In this document: one piece after another, positions 59,167 through 64,000 of the stretch
Numbering within the stretch: position 1 is the stretch's first letter
How the letters are laid out: the number at the start of each line of letters is the position of its first letter
Assembly (NCBI GenBank): GCA_013166775.1
Contig: JABLTJ010000009.1
Span: 35,931 to 99,930, forward strand
Length of the DNA: 64,000 bases
From: Promethearchaeati archaeon
GTDB lineage: Archaea; Asgardarchaeota; Heimdallarchaeia; Heimdallarchaeales; Heimdallarchaeaceae
Direction of reading: 5' to 3'
Made by a program: the position numbers and the translations under genes
The notes under the pieces: model-generated
The model's input: only the letters and a program-made list of their open reading frames with translations
Databases searched by the model: none
What the model was told of the DNA's origin: nothing

Positions 59167-59793
59167 ATGCATCAAGAGAGAAAGAAGCTAACTTTTCCCA
59201 ATGGTTTGTATGAATACCTTGTAAGAATGGCGAATACAGCTATAGGAGAGAACTTCATTGGAATATCCTTTCCAATTCTCGAAATAAAATTCCTGAATCT
59301 TAGAAGAAAAGGTAGTCCAAAAACTGTTGATTGGTTATTTGAAGAATTGAGTAAAAGATTAGTGAACATCTCTAAAAAATATGATTTAGAAATTGGTCAA
59401 AGTTCACATCGAAAAGATGTTATGATAAATTTTAGAGTGGAGGATAATTATCGTCAAATTAACATAACGGGTTATCATCACATTCCTTTGAAATCATTTG
59501 GGAATATCTTAGCAATTGCCCTTTGGAGTTACATAGTTTTTATTTTTGGAAAGAAACCAAGTGAAGATGAAGAAGCACGTAATCTCCATAAGAAATTTAC
59601 AGATGATCTTGATGAGTTTCGTGAACACTGGAATAGAAACTCCAGAAGGAAAACTACTCTTGAGGAGAAAAGATCGTGCTACATATGTGGTAAACCAGCT
59701 TATTCCTACAACCAATGGTTTTACAAATCAAAGAGCAGTGTTGAAGAAATACTTACACCTGTTTGTAAAAAACATAGTAAACTTCTTGTATAA
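59167..59793 (+). CDS. Hypothetical protein with a C-terminal Zn finger
   Basis: 'CYICGKPA...PVCKKH'. Confidence 0.65.
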   Translation: MHQERKKLTFPNGLYEYLVRMANTAIGENFIGISFPILEIKFLNLRRKGSPKTVDWLFEELSKRLVNISKKYDLEIGQSSHRKDVMINFRVEDNYRQINITGYHHIPLKSFGNILAIALWSYIVFIFGKKPSEDEEARNLHKKFTDDLDEFREHWNRNSRRKTTLEEKRSCYICGKPAYSYNQWFYKSKSSVEEILTPVCKKHSKLLV

Positions 59794-59838
59794 CGGAAAA
59801 TTAGGAAAGTTTTTAATTTTTGAAAATAGTTTTACTTA

Positions 59839-60222
59839 ATGATTAGAGAATTAGAAGATGAAAAGAAAACTAAATTATTGCGAATACTTAGGGATATTTC
59901 TCGAGAATGTAGTTTAGGAGCTATTGCTGTAGTTAGTTTTGAAGGTCAAGAGTTGGCATTTTTTGCAGAAAAGGGAACTGATCAAGTTATCATGTCAGCA
60001 TTAGCTTCTGCATTAAATGCAGCAGGACAAAAAACTGTAAGCCAGATTAAATGTGGAAATCTTGATCAGGTCATTATTAAAGGTACAGAAGGATTTGTGA
60101 TTCTTCAAAATTTAGATAATTTCATAGTATTAGCAGCTTCTAAGGAGATTTATAGTTTAGCTCTAGCTATGAATGTTTTAGGTAAATATGGAAAAAATGT
60201 TTACCAGATTCTTACTTCTTAA
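59839..60222 (+). CDS. Roadblock/LC7 (MglB-like) domain protein
   Basis: 'AVVSFEG', 'MSALASAL', 'G.LDQVIIKGTEGFVIL'. Confidence 0.88.
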   Translation: MIRELEDEKKTKLLRILRDISRECSLGAIAVVSFEGQELAFFAEKGTDQVIMSALASALNAAGQKTVSQIKCGNLDQVIIKGTEGFVILQNLDNFIVLAASKEIYSLALAMNVLGKYGKNVYQILTS

Positions 60223-63019
60223 TTGGTTTGCGTCTTGTTACTATTAATAAAGCAATACATGCCATTACAGAAACTTCAACAATTACTGGTCCCCAAGAAA
60301 CCATTGCTAAGATATGTATTGGCCAACTAGCTTTACCAAAAGAAGATCTTATTGCTAGACGATATTTACCAGGGGGTAAATTGTAGTTTTTTGGTATAAA
60401 TGAAAAGGAATAAGATCCGTTTTGATAATCTTCATAGGTTGAAAATCGAAAAATTGAATTGCTTTCAGTTTGAATTGATAAATAAAATTTCAATCCACTT
60501 AATGGTTTATAGAAATTATAAGCGTGTATATCTACCTTGAATAATTTGTTTGATTTGGTTTCTTCTGTATTCAGAGCATACTCTATCTCGATTTCATCTA
60601 CTACTGCTGAAGTTAAAATGTTCTCTAGTATTTCTTCATTATTTCCAAAATATAGTGATTGCATATCTTCTTCATAATTTGTAGTAATATCAGAATAAAG
60701 GTAAGGTGAGCTGAGGAACATATTAATTGTATTTGATGCAATTATTAGTGAACCTTCATCTTCTCTTTGGTCGGATATAGCAAAACGATTTGCTATTAAA
60801 TTTATTAGATCATCATCTTTTGTTACATTAAGAGGACTTGGTAAGTACATGCTGAAAACGCTATTTGGACTTTCAAGAAGCGAATGAGATAACATAGAAA
60901 CATCAAGAATTTCATTTGTTAAACCAGTCATAGAATATGAGATATTAAAAGGATTCAGTAGAGAATTAATGAGATTTAAATCTGAATTAATGGTTGGAAA
61001 CAAAATAATTGCACCCCCGTTATATTGTCCATCCTCAGAAGCATAATCTGATAGAAGATTTAGATCTGCTTCTGAATATGAGCGATACTCTGAACTATTA
61101 GGATTTATAAGAGCAATAGCTTCAAAGTCATTAAGATTTAAAGAACTCAACTTTGTTAAAGAATCTCTTGCTAAAATAGAAGGAATCAAGCCCACTCTTT
61201 TTGCTATTGTCATGAATTTCCACAAGGAGCCATAGAGAGAATATTTGAACGTATCACCTAATTCATCACAAATAAACAGAATCCTCCCCTCTGCTTTAAC
61301 AACTTCATAGGATAGTTGAATAGATACTGTTTGATTATTTATCTCGAAGCTAATCTGATGTCTATGGGAGCCTAAATAGGAATCCTCATGCGAGATTGTA
61401 ACTTGAAGATCATATTGACCGATATCTGGATCTTCAGGTATTTCGGTTATAGTTACAAATTCAGAAACACTTGATTGCATTGAAATTTTAAGATTATCAG
61501 TTTCTTCGTTAATAAATAGACTAATTTGAAAAGTGCTTTCAGTATTCTTAAAAACAGTATTCAAATCAAAAGGAACTATTGGTGGCCAAATGAAAATTGG
61601 TGGTGGATCATCAAGATAAGCGCTTGCAGCTGAGCAATCCACTAATCCTGATCCTTGGTAGAGTTTAGGAATTGCTCTTTTAATGATACTACTAAATGGG
61701 GAAATCATCTCAATGTACTGTGTATCAGCTGTTTCCAACAATGAGGATTTAATAATAGAAGGAGGAGAATTTTCATGTTCTTGAAGCAATAAAGAACAAA
61801 TTCCAGAAACTACAGCAGTTGAATAGCTTGTACCTGAAACTCGTTTAGTTGTGAGACCATCTTTTGAAGTTGTATTTAGCATGACTCCAGGAGCCAAAAG
61901 ATCAGGTTTTAATAACGTATTTGTAAGATCAACTGAATCAAAAAGAAATTGGCCATCAATTTCATCGTAATTCTCTACAATTGAGCCAGCACTACTCAAC
62001 TCATATAATACTTTATTATTATCTATAGCACCAACTGATATTGCTTGACTAGCAATTCCTGGACTTAAAACTGTAAATAAATCATTATAACCAAATTCAT
62101 TCACATTTCTCGCATTACCAGCTGCCACACAGACAATTACTCCTTGTTGAACTGCAGAATTTATTGCAATAATTTCAGGAGATGTTACATTAGAAACAGC
62201 TTTTCCAAGTGAAAGATTAATTACATCAACTTCATTTTCTAACGCCCAATCAATGCCCTTTATCAAAGTTTCAACAGATCCTTGAGCTGCATGAGAAAGA
62301 ACCTTTCCAATCAGAAAATCACAATTTGGAGCAACTCCTTTATCAAAACCATAAAGTCCGTTGCTCCCTATAATTCCTGCTACTTCTGTACCATGACCAT
62401 TATCATCCTCTATATTTGTTGAATCGTCAAAGAAATTCTTAGCTTCAATTATTCTGTTTTCTCCTTCCATAGTTTGATTTAAAGCAGGATGATTTTGCTT
62501 AATCCCAGTATCTAGAATAGCAATCTTTGTTGAATTTCCATAAAATCCTTCAGCCCATAATGGTGGAGCTCCTATACTTGTTGTATAGTCATAAACATCT
62601 CTTGTCAGATTCAAGGATTGAATATGTGAAGAATCAGAAGAAGCAAAAATGGGGGAGTTAAACCAAAGATTCTTAATGATATTTCTTTCAATCAGTCTCA
62701 ATATATCAGTCTTGGTAATCGTTAAAGCGACACCAGTATAAGAATTAAAAATCCAGAGATCTTTTCCCAAGTGATTTAAGTACGATATATATTTGGAATC
62801 TGAAGGTTTAAACAAAACTCTAAATTCTTCTTCCGATTCTGCATTCTTTAAATCTTTAAGAAAGACTTTATCCTCAATTACTACATCCAAAGATTCAGAA
62901 GGATTTTGAATATGAAATACTGGTTGATTTCCTTGTGAGAAAATAGAATATGAAAATAAACAGAATACAATAAAAAAGGAAGTCCAAATTGCTGAATATA
63001 TTCTATGTTTACATCTCAC
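60212..63019 (-). CDS. Membrane-anchored subtilisin-like (S8) protease with site-1-protease-like architecture
   Basis: Catalytic 'ILDTG', 'HGTEVAG', 'SGTSYS'; downstream 'GRILF..D' GATase-like region; C-terminal TM + RRK. Probable GTG start at 63019 (track ORF starts at 63118). Confidence 0.85.
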   Translation of the reverse strand: MRCKHRIYSAIWTSFFIVFCLFSYSIFSQGNQPVFHIQNPSESLDVVIEDKVFLKDLKNAESEEEFRVLFKPSDSKYISYLNHLGKDLWIFNSYTGVALTITKTDILRLIERNIIKNLWFNSPIFASSDSSHIQSLNLTRDVYDYTTSIGAPPLWAEGFYGNSTKIAILDTGIKQNHPALNQTMEGENRIIEAKNFFDDSTNIEDDNGHGTEVAGIIGSNGLYGFDKGVAPNCDFLIGKVLSHAAQGSVETLIKGIDWALENEVDVINLSLGKAVSNVTSPEIIAINSAVQQGVIVCVAAGNARNVNEFGYNDLFTVLSPGIASQAISVGAIDNNKVLYELSSAGSIVENYDEIDGQFLFDSVDLTNTLLKPDLLAPGVMLNTTSKDGLTTKRVSGTSYSTAVVSGICSLLLQEHENSPPSIIKSSLLETADTQYIEMISPFSSIIKRAIPKLYQGSGLVDCSAASAYLDDPPPIFIWPPIVPFDLNTVFKNTESTFQISLFINEETDNLKISMQSSVSEFVTITEIPEDPDIGQYDLQVTISHEDSYLGSHRHQISFEINNQTVSIQLSYEVVKAEGRILFICDELGDTFKYSLYGSLWKFMTIAKRVGLIPSILARDSLTKLSSLNLNDFEAIALINPNSSEYRSYSEADLNLLSDYASEDGQYNGGAIILFPTINSDLNLINSLLNPFNISYSMTGLTNEILDVSMLSHSLLESPNSVFSMYLPSPLNVTKDDDLINLIANRFAISDQREDEGSLIIASNTINMFLSSPYLYSDITTNYEEDMQSLYFGNNEEILENILTSAVVDEIEIEYALNTEETKSNKLFKVDIHAYNFYKPLSGLKFYLSIQTESNSIFRFSTYEDYQNGSYSFSFIPKNYNLPPGKYRLAIRSSFGKASWPIHILAMVSWGPVIVEVSVMACIALLIVTRRKPIKK

Positions 63020-63095
63020 ATAAAAAAGAAAGCAGTTAAAATATAAAAGTATAAGGTGTGAAAATGAAAGAAAAGCAAAAATTTTTCTCAATAAA

Positions 63096-63953
63096 TTATA
63101 AGTCCTTGAACAGCTCAATAATATCCTGAAGATTATTTACAATGACATCGGGACTAGTATCATCACTTAGATTCACTAAATCATCTGTTGAAGTTACTCC
63201 AGAAAGAACAAGGAAAGAAAGGATTCCTACTTGATTCGCACCCATTATATCAGTCTCAATGCGGTCTCCAAAAAACACCGCTTCTTCTTTTGTTGATCCT
63301 GAAATTTCCAATGCAGATATATACATCTGAGGACTGGGTTTTCCAATAATTAACTCTACTTTTCTTCCAGATAATTCCTCAAGCATTGTTATCATTGCAC
63401 CACCACCAGGAATTAATCCCTGTTGTGTTGGAAATGTCATATCGCCATTAGTAGCGATAAATTTCGTTTCTTTGTCTTTATTTTTTAGAATATTGATAGC
63501 ACGAGCAAGTTTAACATAAGTTAGATTCCTATCCATTCCAGTAACAACGCAGTCTACATTGCTAAAATCTAAATCAAAAATTGCTTCGTCATTACTTTCT
63601 TTACCAGAATTCATAACCTTCAATCCTAAACTGCGAAATTCTTCTTTCAGTCCCTCTTCTCCAATTATGTAAGCATTCAAATCTGGAGAATGTTTTGAGA
63701 AATAAGCAGCGGTTAGGTAAGCTGAGGTCAATATATTTTCTATTGGTATTTTTATTCCTAGATTTTCCAATTTCGCTTGGAATTCTTTTCTTGTTTTTGT
63801 ACTATTGTTGGTTAAGATGAAAATCTTTTTCTCTTTCTTTTGTAATAAAGTTAAAAATTCAATAGCACCTGGTAATGCTAATTCTTCTTTATAAAGGACC
63901 CCATCTCCATCAAATAGAAACGTATCTTTTCCTATGAAAGGATTATCACTCAT
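63096..63953 (-). CDS. HAD-IIA family hydrolase (NagD-like)
   Basis: 'FDGDGVLY', 'LTNNS', 'GKPS', 'GDRIETDI'. Confidence 0.92.
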   Translation of the reverse strand: MSDNPFIGKDTFLFDGDGVLYKEELALPGAIEFLTLLQKKEKKIFILTNNSTKTRKEFQAKLENLGIKIPIENILTSAYLTAAYFSKHSPDLNAYIIGEEGLKEEFRSLGLKVMNSGKESNDEAIFDLDFSNVDCVVTGMDRNLTYVKLARAINILKNKDKETKFIATNGDMTFPTQQGLIPGGGAMITMLEELSGRKVELIIGKPSPQMYISALEISGSTKEEAVFFGDRIETDIMGANQVGILSFLVLSGVTSTDDLVNLSDDTSPDVIVNNLQDIIELFKDL

Positions 63954-64000
63954 ATTTTATTACCCTAGCCTATCTGTTATGTTAGTTCCATAAAGATATT

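Noticed and set aside
512-59839. Numerous short overlapping ORFs in the track (e.g. 512..700, 8042..8287, 14613..14849, 27543..27965, 52811..53155, 59546..59839)
   Set aside because: They overlap well-supported genes on the opposite strand or in another frame and show no motifs.

Overview
AT-rich archaeal chromosomal DNA, most consistent with an Asgard (Heimdallarchaeia-like) genome. Support: archaeal Elp3, eS30, PAC2, Cgi121, AMP phosphorylase, a roadblock protein, an SMC5/6-type ATPase, and many secreted proteins with C-terminal TM + basic tails. The taxon is inferred, not searched. Most of the window is housekeeping, transport and cell-surface genes. Two things stand out. (1) At ~2.6-11 kb, a ~265-300 nt highly structured non-coding element (10643-10907) has one terminal arm repeated five more times in direct orientation (3825, 5246, 6294, 8161, 9009). 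The copies separate 0.85-1.9 kb units that mostly carry one gene of either orientation: an extra SecY, an internally deleted ABC substrate-binding protein, a metzincin-like protease and membrane proteins. Just beyond the far end is a protein made of a long acidic tract plus a large-serine-recombinase DNA-binding domain. This looks like an ncRNA-anchored gene-cassette array. (2) At 40.3-45.1 kb is a compact four-gene operon: SMC5/6-like ATPase, putative kleisin, KITE (Nse1/Nse3-like), and a separate Nse1-type RING-like gene, which suggests a 'split Nse1'. No tRNA, rRNA, CRISPR array or catalytically complete integrase/transposase was recognised. All assignments are by eye from motifs; no database searches were run.
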